A stretch of 57,336 nt of DNA from positions 1 to 57,336 of the forward strand of contig JAMWCL010000002.1 in the NCBI GenBank assembly GCA_023819035.1, read 5' to 3'. The stretch comes from Candidatus Omnitrophota bacterium (GTDB taxonomy: Bacteria; Omnitrophota; Gorgyraeia; Gygaellales; Profunditerraquicolaceae). Of this stretch, positions 24,330 to 33,062 are shown one piece after another. The position numbers and the translations under genes are program-made. The notes beneath the pieces were generated by a model. That model saw only the letters and a list, made by a program, of their open reading frames with translations. It was not told where the DNA came from and ran no database searches. Every line of letters starts with the position of its first letter. The first letter of the stretch is position 1.

Positions 24330-25871
24330 ATGACTAATATAGATACATTAGTTGAAGAGAATAAACGACTAGCGCAAGAATTAAAGCAACGGCTTTTTGA
24401 ATTATCTATACTTTACGATATAACCAACAGCATCAGTTATACCTTAAACTACGATGATTTCTTAAGAATTATAATGAATTCTTTAAACAAGTTTCTTGAT
24501 TATGATATCTGTACCTCTTTGATTATCCTTGAGGAAGAGAAAAAAGCAAAGATGTGCATCCATATCGCCCATTCCCTGCCGATAAGGATTGTGGAAGAGA
24601 TAAAACGCAAGGTGATAAATACATTGAGAAGCTTAAGGGCAAAGCCAATTACTGAAGATCAGATTACACTTGATTTAAAAGGTGATATATTAAATGATGA
24701 AGGTTCATACCAGAATATAAAATCTTCCTTTGATGTACCTTTGTTTGCGGGAGATAAGGTGGTAGGGCTTTTAAATGTGGCAAGCACAAAGGATATCGCT
24801 TATTCCGATAATGAGATAAAACTCTTTTATACCTTAGCCACCCAGGCCTCTTTTTCCATTGAGAAACTACAGGCGGTGTTAGCTGGAGAGAAAAGTAAGA
24901 TGAAGGTAATGGTGGAGGGTATGTCTGAAGGTGTGGTGATGTTCGATGAGCAGGATAAGCTGGTTATCTTCAATGCTGCAGCCAGAGAGATGATAGGCGA
25001 AAATCTGGATTTATTAGGTTCGCTGGAGGAGATAAGGAAAGTGCAAAAAAAATCTTTTGATATACATTTAGATAAGCCCTATCCGCGCATCATTAATAGT
25101 CAGGCGATGTGCATTAAGGATGATGAAGGTAAATCATTAGGGATAGTTATCCTTTTAAAGGATGTTACCCGGGAGCGAGAGATTGACCAGATGAAGTCGG
25201 ATTTTATCTCAGTAGTCTCCCACGAATTGCGTACGCCCTTAACCGCCTTAAAAGGAGCAATAGACAATCTTTTAGACGGGATTGCCGGTGAATTAAATCA
25301 GATACAAAAGGAATGTCTTCTAGTTAGCAAGCGCAATATCGACCGTTTAAACCGGATGATCTCTGAGCTTTTAGATATCTCACGCATTGAGGCAGGGAAG
25401 ATTCAGATAAACAAACAACCCACCGATATAACAGGTTTAATAAATGAGGTTCTACGCCTCTTCCAGGATATGGCGGAGGCAAGTGGAATCATCCTAGGCG
25501 CAGAGATTGCCTCTGATTTGCCTAAGATTAATCTTGATCCGGATAAGATTACTCAGGTGCTTACCAATTTAGTAGGTAATGCTGTAAAGTTTACTCCTGC
25601 TGGCGGTCGGATTACGGTTAGGGCAGGGGTATTAAAAGATTTTATTCAGGTGGATGTAATTGATACAGGCCTGGGCATTCCCCATCAGGATTTAGAAAAG
25701 ATATTTGACAAGTTTTATCAGGTATCCCGTCTTGGCGGTTCAAGGACTCCTAAGGGCACAGGATTGGGGCTTCCCATATGCAAGGGTATTGTAGAAAGAC
25801 ACGGTGGAAGGATTTGGGTTGAAAGCGAATTAGGCAAAGGAAGCAAATTCAGTTTTACCTTACCTATATAA
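24330..25871 (+). CDS. Cytoplasmic sensor histidine kinase (GAF-like + PAS-like + HisKA + HATPase_c)
   Basis: No TM segment. H-box [14 protein letters not shown]-box [23 protein letters not shown]. Confidence 0.88.
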   Translation: MTNIDTLVEENKRLAQELKQRLFELSILYDITNSISYTLNYDDFLRIIMNSLNKFLDYDICTSLIILEEEKKAKMCIHIAHSLPIRIVEEIKRKVINTLRSLRAKPITEDQITLDLKGDILNDEGSYQNIKSSFDVPLFAGDKVVGLLNVASTKDIAYSDNEIKLFYTLATQASFSIEKLQAVLAGEKSKMKVMVEGMSEGVVMFDEQDKLVIFNAAAREMIGENLDLLGSLEEIRKVQKKSFDIHLDKPYPRIINSQAMCIKDDEGKSLGIVILLKDVTREREIDQMKSDFISVVSHELRTPLTALKGAIDNLLDGIAGELNQIQKECLLVSKRNIDRLNRMISELLDISRIEAGKIQINKQPTDITGLINEVLRLFQDMAEASGIILGAEIASDLPKINLDPDKITQVLTNLVGNAVKFTPAGGRITVRAGVLKDFIQVDVIDTGLGIPHQDLEKIFDKFYQVSRLGGSRTPKGTGLGLPICKGIVERHGGRIWVESELGKGSKFSFTLPI

Positions 25872-26246
25872 ATGCCAAAGAAGATACTGATTATTGATGA
25901 CGAGGAGGATGTGGCAGCGATGGCGAAACTGCGTCTTCAGGCAAGCGGTTTTTCCTGCTTTGAGGCATATACTGCTCAAGAAGGATTAAAAATGGCAGAG
26001 GAAGAAGCCCCTGACCTTATCCTTTTGGATATTCTATTACCTGATAGCCATGGCGTTGAGGTCTGTAGAAGATTAAAATCTAATCCCAAAACGCGGGAGA
26101 TTGCTATTATTATTTTTAGTGCCTCTAATTTGAAGGAAATGGTAGAAAAGGCTATTGAGGCAGGAGCGGTAGATTATATTATCAAGCCTTTTGAACCCAG
26201 CGAGTTGCTTGAGAAGATAGATAAGGCACTGGATTTAACAAAATAA
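25872..26246 (+). CDS. Single-domain response regulator (REC only)
   Basis: ILIIDDEED, LILLDILLPDSHG, IKPFE. It starts immediately after the kinase stop. Confidence 0.88.
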   Translation: MPKKILIIDDEEDVAAMAKLRLQASGFSCFEAYTAQEGLKMAEEEAPDLILLDILLPDSHGVEVCRRLKSNPKTREIAIIIFSASNLKEMVEKAIEAGAVDYIIKPFEPSELLEKIDKALDLTK

Positions 26247-26255
26247 GAGTCGCTT

Positions 26256-26642
26256 ATGAATGAAATTAAGAAAAAGATTTTGGTTGTTGATGATGAGCCG
26301 GATATCTTAAATATGATTAGACTGCGTCTGGAAGCCAATGGGTATGAGGTTATCACTGCCTCTGATGGAAACACCGCCTATCAAAGAGCAAGATCAGATT
26401 CTCCGGACTTGATTATCCTGGATTTGATGCTTCCGGGTATGGATGGTTATCAGGTTTGTCGGCTCTTAAAATTTGATGAGCGGTATCGTTCTATACCGGT
26501 AATTATACTTACCGCCCTAAGTCAGAAGGAGGATAAGGAGTGGGCAGAGAAGGTAGGTGCGGATTGTTATCTGACCAAGCCCTTTGAGTCAGACGAACTC
26601 TTAAATAAGATTAAAGAATTTTTCAGGAGGCAAGATGTCTAA
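26256..26642 (+). CDS. Single-domain response regulator (REC only)
   Basis: ILVVDDEPD, LIILDLMLPGMDG, ILTA, TKPFE. Confidence 0.88.
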   Translation: MNEIKKKILVVDDEPDILNMIRLRLEANGYEVITASDGNTAYQRARSDSPDLIILDLMLPGMDGYQVCRLLKFDERYRSIPVIILTALSQKEDKEWAEKVGADCYLTKPFESDELLNKIKEFFRRQDV

Positions 26643-28152
26643 CTTAAGCAGCAATATCCCTATGATTGACCTGAGTAATTATATTATCGATCCGGAGGCA
26701 TTAAAATCTATTCCCGAAGAATTAGCTAGAGAGTACAAGGTAATTCCCCTTTTTAGGGTAAGGGATACTTTAACTGTGGCGATAGCCGACCCTTCGGATG
26801 TGATTGCCATAGACAAAGTAAGGGCTGTTACCGGATGTGATATCCAGACATTAATGGCCAGCGAAGATGAGATTAAGATGGCTATCGACCATAATTATAA
26901 TGTCGGGGCTTCTTTAGAGCAGATAATTAAAAATTTAAAAGGCATGGATTTTAATATTGAAAAGATATCTGATGCTAATCGCGTTCAGAAAATTGTGGAA
27001 GAGCCACCCATAATAAAGTTGGTAAATCTGATTATCTATCAGGCCCTAAAAGATAGGGCCAGCGATATCCACATTGAACCCACTCAGAAAAAAGTGAATG
27101 TGCGTTTAAGGATTGACGGAGTTCTGCACGATGTATTTTCCTTACCTTTAGAAATACATATGCCGATGGTCTGTCGTATCAAGGTTATCTCAAGGTTAGA
27201 CATTGTGGAGTCACGTCGACCACAAGATGGACATTTCTATATGCGCGTGGGACAGCGAGATGTAGATTTTCGGGTCTCCACCTTACCGCTTGCCTTTGGC
27301 GAGAAGGTGGTGATCCGCATACTTGACCGTTCCACGGCATTTTTAACATTAGATAAATTAGGTTTCTCAGAAGAGGCTCTTAAGAAATTTGAGTCTATGA
27401 TTAAGAAACCATACGGCATAATCCTGGTTACCGGACCGACGGGAAGTGGCAAGACTTCAACCTTGTATGCCGCATTGAGTAGATTAAATTCGCGGGATAA
27501 AAATATTGTTACATTAGAAGACCCGCGGGAGTATATTTTGGAGGGGATAAACCAGGCAGAGATAAATACTGCGATAGATTTTACCTTTGCCAATGGTTTG
27601 CGTTCTATCTTAAGACAGGACCCTGACATTATTATGATCGGTGAGATAAGGGATACAGAAACCGCCCAGATTGCTATCCGCTCAGCACTGACAGGACATC
27701 TGGTTTTGTCAAGTTTACACACTAATGATGCTGCTGGGGCGATTACTCGCTTGATTGACATGGGGGTTGAACCATTTCTTATCGCCTCCAGTCTTATTGG
27801 TGTCTTAGCCCAGAGATTGGTAAGGGTTATCTGTTCTAATTGTAAACAACAGTATCAACCTGAGGAAGAGGTATATAATAAATTAAGTTTAGACAAAGAT
27901 AATAGGATTTCCCTTTATCGTGGCAAAGGTTGTATTCAGTGCCGGCATACTGGCTACAAAGGTAGGGTCGGTATCTTTGAAGTCTTGGTAATGAATGAGC
28001 ATTTAAGAGAACTCACCACAAAAAACCGTCCTACTATTGAGATTCAACAGGCAGCTGAGCAAGCTGGTATGATAACCCTTAAGCAGGATGGCTATGATAA
28101 GGTAATGAAGGGTATTACTACCTTAGAGGAGGTTTTAAGGGTAGTTTCTTAA
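26635..28152 (+). CDS. gspE: GspE/PilB-family secretion ATPase (505 aa)
   Basis: T2SSE_N-like N terminus (TLTVAIADPSD), Walker A GPTGSGKTST, DPDIIMIGEIRD, TGHLVLSSLHTND, CSNCK...CIQC. There is an 8-nt overlap with the upstream REC gene. Confidence 0.9.
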   Translation: MSNLSSNIPMIDLSNYIIDPEALKSIPEELAREYKVIPLFRVRDTLTVAIADPSDVIAIDKVRAVTGCDIQTLMASEDEIKMAIDHNYNVGASLEQIIKNLKGMDFNIEKISDANRVQKIVEEPPIIKLVNLIIYQALKDRASDIHIEPTQKKVNVRLRIDGVLHDVFSLPLEIHMPMVCRIKVISRLDIVESRRPQDGHFYMRVGQRDVDFRVSTLPLAFGEKVVIRILDRSTAFLTLDKLGFSEEALKKFESMIKKPYGIILVTGPTGSGKTSTLYAALSRLNSRDKNIVTLEDPREYILEGINQAEINTAIDFTFANGLRSILRQDPDIIMIGEIRDTETAQIAIRSALTGHLVLSSLHTNDAAGAITRLIDMGVEPFLIASSLIGVLAQRLVRVICSNCKQQYQPEEEVYNKLSLDKDNRISLYRGKGCIQCRHTGYKGRVGIFEVLVMNEHLRELTTKNRPTIEIQQAAEQAGMITLKQDGYDKVMKGITTLEEVLRVVS

Positions 28153-28166
28153 GAAGTAAGGCAAAA

Positions 28167-28910
28167 ATGGCTGATAAAAAGAGCATCAAGGTCTTGGTAG
28201 TAGATGATGAGAAGGTGGTCAGGGATTTTTTAATTCGACTGTTAAGTTTGGAAAATTTAGAGGTAAAAACCGCGGAGGACGGGTTTTCTGCGCTTGAGCA
28301 AGCCAAAAAAGAAAGTTTTGATTTGGTTTTTTTGGATGTGCGGATGCCCAAGATGGATGGTGTACAGACGCTTATAGAACTGAGGAAGATAAATCCCCAG
28401 GCAAGATATGTGATGATGACCGGTTATGCGGTGGATGATTTATTAGAGAAAGCAATGAAAGAAGGTGCATTTGCCTCCTTAAAAAAACCCTTTGATATTA
28501 ACCAGATGCTTTCTATTCTTAAGTCTGCGCAGGAGAAATATCCAACCAGAAGACTTAAGATTTTGATTGTTGATGATGATAAAGAGATCTTGGATTTTTT
28601 TAAAAATTTGCTAAAAGATAAACCATACGATATTACTATGGTAAACACAGGAAAAGATGCCCTAAGGAAGATAGAGGAGGATGGATTTGATTTGGTTTTT
28701 CTGGATATTATTTTAAAAGATACCACGGGAATTGAACTCTGTTCAAAGATGCGCCAGATAAGAAAAGATCTGGACATCGTATTGATTACCGGGCATCCAG
28801 AGAAGGCAGAGCAGATTCAGGATAGGGTAAGTGGTTGCCTCTATAAGCCCTTTGAGATACAAAAGATATTTCAGGAGATAGAAAGGGTAAGGAAGGAAAA
28901 GGGTTTGTGA
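28167..28910 (+). CDS. Tandem-receiver response regulator (REC-REC)
   Basis: REC1: VLVVDDE, LVFLDVRMPKMDG, KKPF. REC2: ILIVDDD, LVFLDIILKDTTG, YKPFE. Confidence 0.85.
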   Translation: MADKKSIKVLVVDDEKVVRDFLIRLLSLENLEVKTAEDGFSALEQAKKESFDLVFLDVRMPKMDGVQTLIELRKINPQARYVMMTGYAVDDLLEKAMKEGAFASLKKPFDINQMLSILKSAQEKYPTRRLKILIVDDDKEILDFFKNLLKDKPYDITMVNTGKDALRKIEEDGFDLVFLDIILKDTTGIELCSKMRQIRKDLDIVLITGHPEKAEQIQDRVSGCLYKPFEIQKIFQEIERVRKEKGL

Positions 28911-28931
28911 AGATGAAAAAAGGAGAAGGGA

Positions 28932-29351
28932 ATGCAGAAGCAAGATAAAATAAAAAAGACCAAGATCTTGGTTGTGGATGATGAAAAGAGCATAAGGGAT
29001 TTCTTAAGATTGTTTCTGAAAAAAAAGGGCTATACAAATGTCCGGACAGTAGAAAATGGACAGGAGGCACTTAAGGCAATACAAAAGGAAGAATTTAACT
29101 TGGTCCTTCTGGATGTAAAACTGCCTGGAATGGATGGGATAGAGCTCTTGCGTCAGATTAAAAAGATAAATAAGGATACCGCGGTAATTATGATTACCGG
29201 TTATCCTGATGAGAAAAAGGTTAAAGAGGCAATGCAGGAAGGCGCCTACGATTACATTATTAAACCCTTTGATCTATTCTACCTTGAGTTAGTACTACTT
29301 ACCAAGATTATTCAACTGGAAGCACTGCGAAGGTCAAAAAAATGTCTCTGA
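28932..29351 (+). CDS. Single-domain response regulator (REC plus a short C-terminal helix)
   Basis: ILVVDDEKS, LVLLDVKLPGMDG, MITG, IKPFDLFYLELVLLTKI. Confidence 0.88.
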   Translation: MQKQDKIKKTKILVVDDEKSIRDFLRLFLKKKGYTNVRTVENGQEALKAIQKEEFNLVLLDVKLPGMDGIELLRQIKKINKDTAVIMITGYPDEKKVKEAMQEGAYDYIIKPFDLFYLELVLLTKIIQLEALRRSKKCL

Positions 29352-29383
29352 CCAATTTGATAGCTGTATAAAGGAGGGAACTA

Positions 29384-29773
29384 ATGGAGAAGAATAAAGA
29401 AAGCAAGATACTTATTGTCGATGACGATAATATTGTCAGGGATTTTCTAAGAAAGTTCTTAAGTAGCAAAGGCTTTACCCAACTAGAATCAGCCAGTACA
29501 GGCCAGGAAGCGCTTAAAATTATTGAGGAGAAAAAACAGAATATAAAATTGGTTCTTCTGGATATTCGTCTGCCTGATATAAATGGGGTGGATCTGTTGC
29601 GCAGGATTAAAGAAATAAATAAGGATATCGGTGTGATTATGATTACTGCTTTTGCTGATGAGGAAAAGGCAAAAGAGGCAATGCGTTTAGGTGCCTTTGA
29701 TTATATTATGAAACCTTTTGATCTAGCTTATCTTCAATTAAGCGTTCTGACCAAGATTGCCACAGCTATCTAA
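29384..29773 (+). CDS. Single-domain response regulator, tandem paralog of 28932-29351
   Basis: ILIVDDDN, LVLLDIRLPDINGVDLL, MITA, MKPFDLAYLQLSVLTKI. Confidence 0.88.
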   Translation: MEKNKESKILIVDDDNIVRDFLRKFLSSKGFTQLESASTGQEALKIIEEKKQNIKLVLLDIRLPDINGVDLLRRIKEINKDIGVIMITAFADEEKAKEAMRLGAFDYIMKPFDLAYLQLSVLTKIATAI

Positions 29774-29791
29774 GACCAACCTTTTTATAGA

Positions 29792-30655
29792 ATGTTTAAA
29801 AGACTGATTGGTATTTTGACTTTTTGTTGTAGTGTTCTGTTTTTATCTTCTGGTTTTTGCCAGGAATGGCAGGAATTAAATAGCCAGCACTTTCGTGTCT
29901 TTTTTTCGAAGGATAAGGATTTCTTGAAATTTGCAAAGGAGGTATTAGATAAAGCGGAGAAATACTATTCCCAGATTGCCCAGGACTTAGGTTATCCCAG
30001 ATATTCCGAATTCTGGACTTGGGAGAAAAGGGTTAAGATTTATCTTTATTCGGATCATAACTCTTACCTTAAAGCGACCGGCCAACCTGAATGGACGAAA
30101 GGGGTAGCTGACTATAAGAATAAACAGATTATAAGTTATGTCTGGAATGAAGGTTTTTTAGATTCGCTTTTACCCCATGAGATGGCACATCTTATCTTCC
30201 GCGATTTTGTGGGTTTTAAAGGCGAGATACCTTTATGGTTAGATGAGGGCGTTGCTCAATGGTCAGAGTCAGAAAAAAGAAAGGAATACAAAAGAATAAT
30301 TAAACGCCTTTTTGAGCAGGATCTTTTAATCTCCTTAGAGGATATGATGAAGTTAGATATCCGTACGGTTAAGACCACCGACCGCATCTATATCCGTTCT
30401 ATTCGGATGCGTGATGGTAAACAGGGAACCTTATTGGTAAGTGGAAATGTTCTGGTGGATACCTATTACCTTCAGTCAGTCTCGTTAGTAGGTTTCTTAA
30501 TTGAAAGATTTGGTTCAGATAATTTTGCCCATTTCTGCAGGCAATTGCGTGATGGAAAAGGTTTGGAGGAGGCATTAAAATCTGTTTATCCTACATATCT
30601 GCGCAGTATCCAGGAGTTAGAAGATAGATGGCGAGATTATTTAGAAAAATTATAA
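29792..30655 (+). CDS. Secreted zinc metallopeptidase, MA-clan-like (HExxH)
   Basis: Signal peptide MFKRLIGILTFCCSVLFLSSGFCQ. HEMAH lies in LLPHEMAHLIF, with a downstream WLDEGVAQW. Confidence 0.6.
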   Translation: MFKRLIGILTFCCSVLFLSSGFCQEWQELNSQHFRVFFSKDKDFLKFAKEVLDKAEKYYSQIAQDLGYPRYSEFWTWEKRVKIYLYSDHNSYLKATGQPEWTKGVADYKNKQIISYVWNEGFLDSLLPHEMAHLIFRDFVGFKGEIPLWLDEGVAQWSESEKRKEYKRIIKRLFEQDLLISLEDMMKLDIRTVKTTDRIYIRSIRMRDGKQGTLLVSGNVLVDTYYLQSVSLVGFLIERFGSDNFAHFCRQLRDGKGLEEALKSVYPTYLRSIQELEDRWRDYLEKL

Positions 30656-30719
30656 CCGGGTTATATCACCTGCCAAATCAGGCTCTATTTGAAATAGAAG
30701 ATGATAAGGAGGTAAAAAG

Positions 30720-31115
30720 ATGAAGAGGTCCTTTACCTTAATTGAATTAATGTTGGTGGTAATAATTATTGGTGCTTTGGTAGCTATGGTTATGCCCCGC
30801 CTTACGGGAAGGGGAGAGCAGGCACGGGTTACTGCTGCCAAGGCAGATATAGAGTCAAATATCGCTACTGCCTTAAAGATGTATGAGCTGGATAATGGCA
30901 CCTTTCCCACTACTGAGGAGGGACTGGATGCTTTACTTACCAAACCCTCCTCCGCGAAAAACTGGCAAGGTCCCTATTTAGAGAAAAAACCCATCGATCC
31001 CTGGGGAAGGCCATATCAATATAAATGCCCCGGCCAGTATCGGGCAGATTATGATCTGTATTCTTTAGGAAGGGACGGTATAGTAAGCGCAGATGATGTT
31101 AAGAATTGGGATTAA
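30720..31115 (+). CDS. gspG: Type II secretion major pseudopilin GspG
   Basis: MKRSFTLIELMLVVIIIGAL, AKADIESNIATALKMYELDNGTFPTTEEGLDAL, DPWGRPYQYKCPG, YSLGRDG. A strong SD (AAGGAGG) precedes the ATG. Confidence 0.9.
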   Translation: MKRSFTLIELMLVVIIIGALVAMVMPRLTGRGEQARVTAAKADIESNIATALKMYELDNGTFPTTEEGLDALLTKPSSAKNWQGPYLEKKPIDPWGRPYQYKCPGQYRADYDLYSLGRDGIVSADDVKNWD

Positions 31116-31485
31116 AGGCTTTAGTCTCCTTGAGGTTATGGTAGCTACCTGTATCTTAGCTTTGGGGCTTATCTTAATCTACGAATCATTTTTTACCCTT
31201 TTAGATAGCTACAGTTACTACACCAATTATCTTAGGGTAGTTAATTGGTTAGAAGAAAAATTCTGGGAGGTTCAAGATGGCCTGATGCGTTTAGGCGATT
31301 CTTTTTCAGTTCAGCCTCAAGGAACCCATCATTTTTATAAAAATTTTAATTGGGATTTATCTTATAATTTAATGGATACATTGACAAACTTATATCAGAT
31401 AAATTTAACCCTTTTCTGGAAGGAAGGAAAAAGACAGATAGAGCTTTTAAGAGATACCTATGTGTTTTATAAAAAAGAAGAATAA
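31093..31485 (+). CDS. Minor pseudopilin (GspH/GspI-like)
   Basis: Prepilin N terminus IKGFSLLEVMVATCILALGL; 130 aa; directly after gspG. Confidence 0.7.
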   Translation: MMLRIGIKGFSLLEVMVATCILALGLILIYESFFTLLDSYSYYTNYLRVVNWLEEKFWEVQDGLMRLGDSFSVQPQGTHHFYKNFNWDLSYNLMDTLTNLYQINLTLFWKEGKRQIELLRDTYVFYKKEE

Positions 31486-32047
31486 AAAAGGATTTACCCT
31501 GATTGAGATACTCATTGTCTCAGGGTTAGTAGTAGTAATTTCTTTAGCGATCTACGCTACCTTAAGTAATGGCTTAAGACTCTGGCAAAGACTAAACCAG
31601 GCAAAGGAGGAAGAAGAGGTGTTAATCTTTTTTGAAAAGTTCCTTCTTGATTTAAGAAATGCCTTTAAGTTTAAAGGGATTGATTTTGTGGGTAAAAATG
31701 ATCTTCTTGAATTCGCCACCTTAGTAAAAAGTCCAAGCCTGAAAAAAACTACTGTAGGCAAGGTGATTTATTATTATGATAAAGATGAAGAACGCCTGGT
31801 AAGAAAAAGGCTTAACTTCAGCCAACTTTATTATGAAGAGGACCTTTGGCAGGAGAGCCTAAACTATGTAAAAAAATTTAAACTCCAATATTATTTTTAT
31901 GATAAAGACAAAAAAGAATATTTTTGGCTTGAGGATTGGCCAATAAAGGAGAATCTGCCTCTGGCAATAAGGATAGCATTTGATTTTGATAATGGAAAGC
32001 AAATCTTACGCTTTATACGCACAGTTAATGTACCGGTTTCAGGTTAG
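31460..32047 (+). CDS. Minor pseudopilin (GspJ-like)
   Basis: Prepilin N terminus KKGFTLIEILIVSGLVVV; 195 aa. Confidence 0.7.
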   Translation: MCFIKKKNKKGFTLIEILIVSGLVVVISLAIYATLSNGLRLWQRLNQAKEEEEVLIFFEKFLLDLRNAFKFKGIDFVGKNDLLEFATLVKSPSLKKTTVGKVIYYYDKDEERLVRKRLNFSQLYYEEDLWQESLNYVKKFKLQYYFYDKDKKEYFWLEDWPIKENLPLAIRIAFDFDNGKQILRFIRTVNVPVSG

Positions 32048-33062
32048 TTTTTTTAAGAAAAAGACTGCCAGCATCCTTATCTTAAGCTTGTGGACTTTAT
32101 GTCTTTTAAGTACCTTCAGTGTATATCTAGGTTATAATATAAGACAGAAGCTGACCTTAATCAAAAGGATAGAACAGAAACAGCAATTAAGATTTCTTTC
32201 TGAGGCAGGGATAAAATACGCCCTTGCTCAGATTAAAAAATATCCCTTTAAATCATACTATTGCTTAAATGATACCTTGAATAATAACCCTTCTTTATTT
32301 AAGGAGATAAGCTTAAAAACAGGGGTTTTTAGTGTAAGTTATCAATATGAAAGTGGTACTGAAGGTCTCTTAAGAACATACTGGGGCTTGGTTGATGAAG
32401 AAAGGAAGATAAATATAAATAAGGCAGATTTTTCGGTGATGAAGCGCTTTTTTAGGATAATAGCAGGTTTAAGTGAAAGCGAGGCAGAGGAATTAAGCGC
32501 CTCAATTATTGACTGGCGCGACCCCGATAAAGAATTAACCTTACCCTTAAATGATGCGGAAGACCCTTATTATCTGAGTTTAAAGTATCCTTATGAAGCA
32601 AAAGATGCAGAGTTTGAGGTTTTACCCGAGCTTCTTTTAGTTAAAGGTTTTACCGAAGAACTCCTGGAAAAAATAAAGCCCTATATAACTATTTATGGTA
32701 ATGGTAGAATAAATATTAATACCGCTTCTAAAGCGGTGCTTCTGGCTTTAGGTTTATCGGCAGATTTAGTAGAAAGGATCATTTATTTTCGCGCCGGCAA
32801 AGATAACCTTGAAGGCACAGAGGATGATAATGTCTTTGAATCCGAAGCAGAGATTTTATCTATTTTAAGTCAAATTTATAACCTAAGCAGTGGTGAGCTC
32901 AGAGAAGTTAATCAGATTGTCCAAAGATATCTTACTACTAAATCAAATACCTTTCTGATTAAAAGTAGCTCGCATTTAATTAATAAGAAAAATGTCACTG
33001 AAGAGATAGAGGTGGTAGTGGAGGCTAATAGTGGTAGGATTCTTTTTTGGCAGGAGTTTTGA
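31980..33062 (+). CDS. gspK: GspK-like minor pseudopilin (the true start is probably internal, e.g. the ATG at 32028)
   Basis: N-terminal hydrophobic segment ASILILSLWTLCLLS. GLVDEERKININKAD and GRININTASKAVLLALGL (helix-hairpin-helix-like) are typical of GspK. Confidence 0.75.
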   Translation: MILIMESKSYALYAQLMYRFQVSFFKKKTASILILSLWTLCLLSTFSVYLGYNIRQKLTLIKRIEQKQQLRFLSEAGIKYALAQIKKYPFKSYYCLNDTLNNNPSLFKEISLKTGVFSVSYQYESGTEGLLRTYWGLVDEERKININKADFSVMKRFFRIIAGLSESEAEELSASIIDWRDPDKELTLPLNDAEDPYYLSLKYPYEAKDAEFEVLPELLLVKGFTEELLEKIKPYITIYGNGRININTASKAVLLALGLSADLVERIIYFRAGKDNLEGTEDDNVFESEAEILSILSQIYNLSSGELREVNQIVQRYLTTKSNTFLIKSSSHLINKKNVTEEIEVVVEANSGRILFWQEF

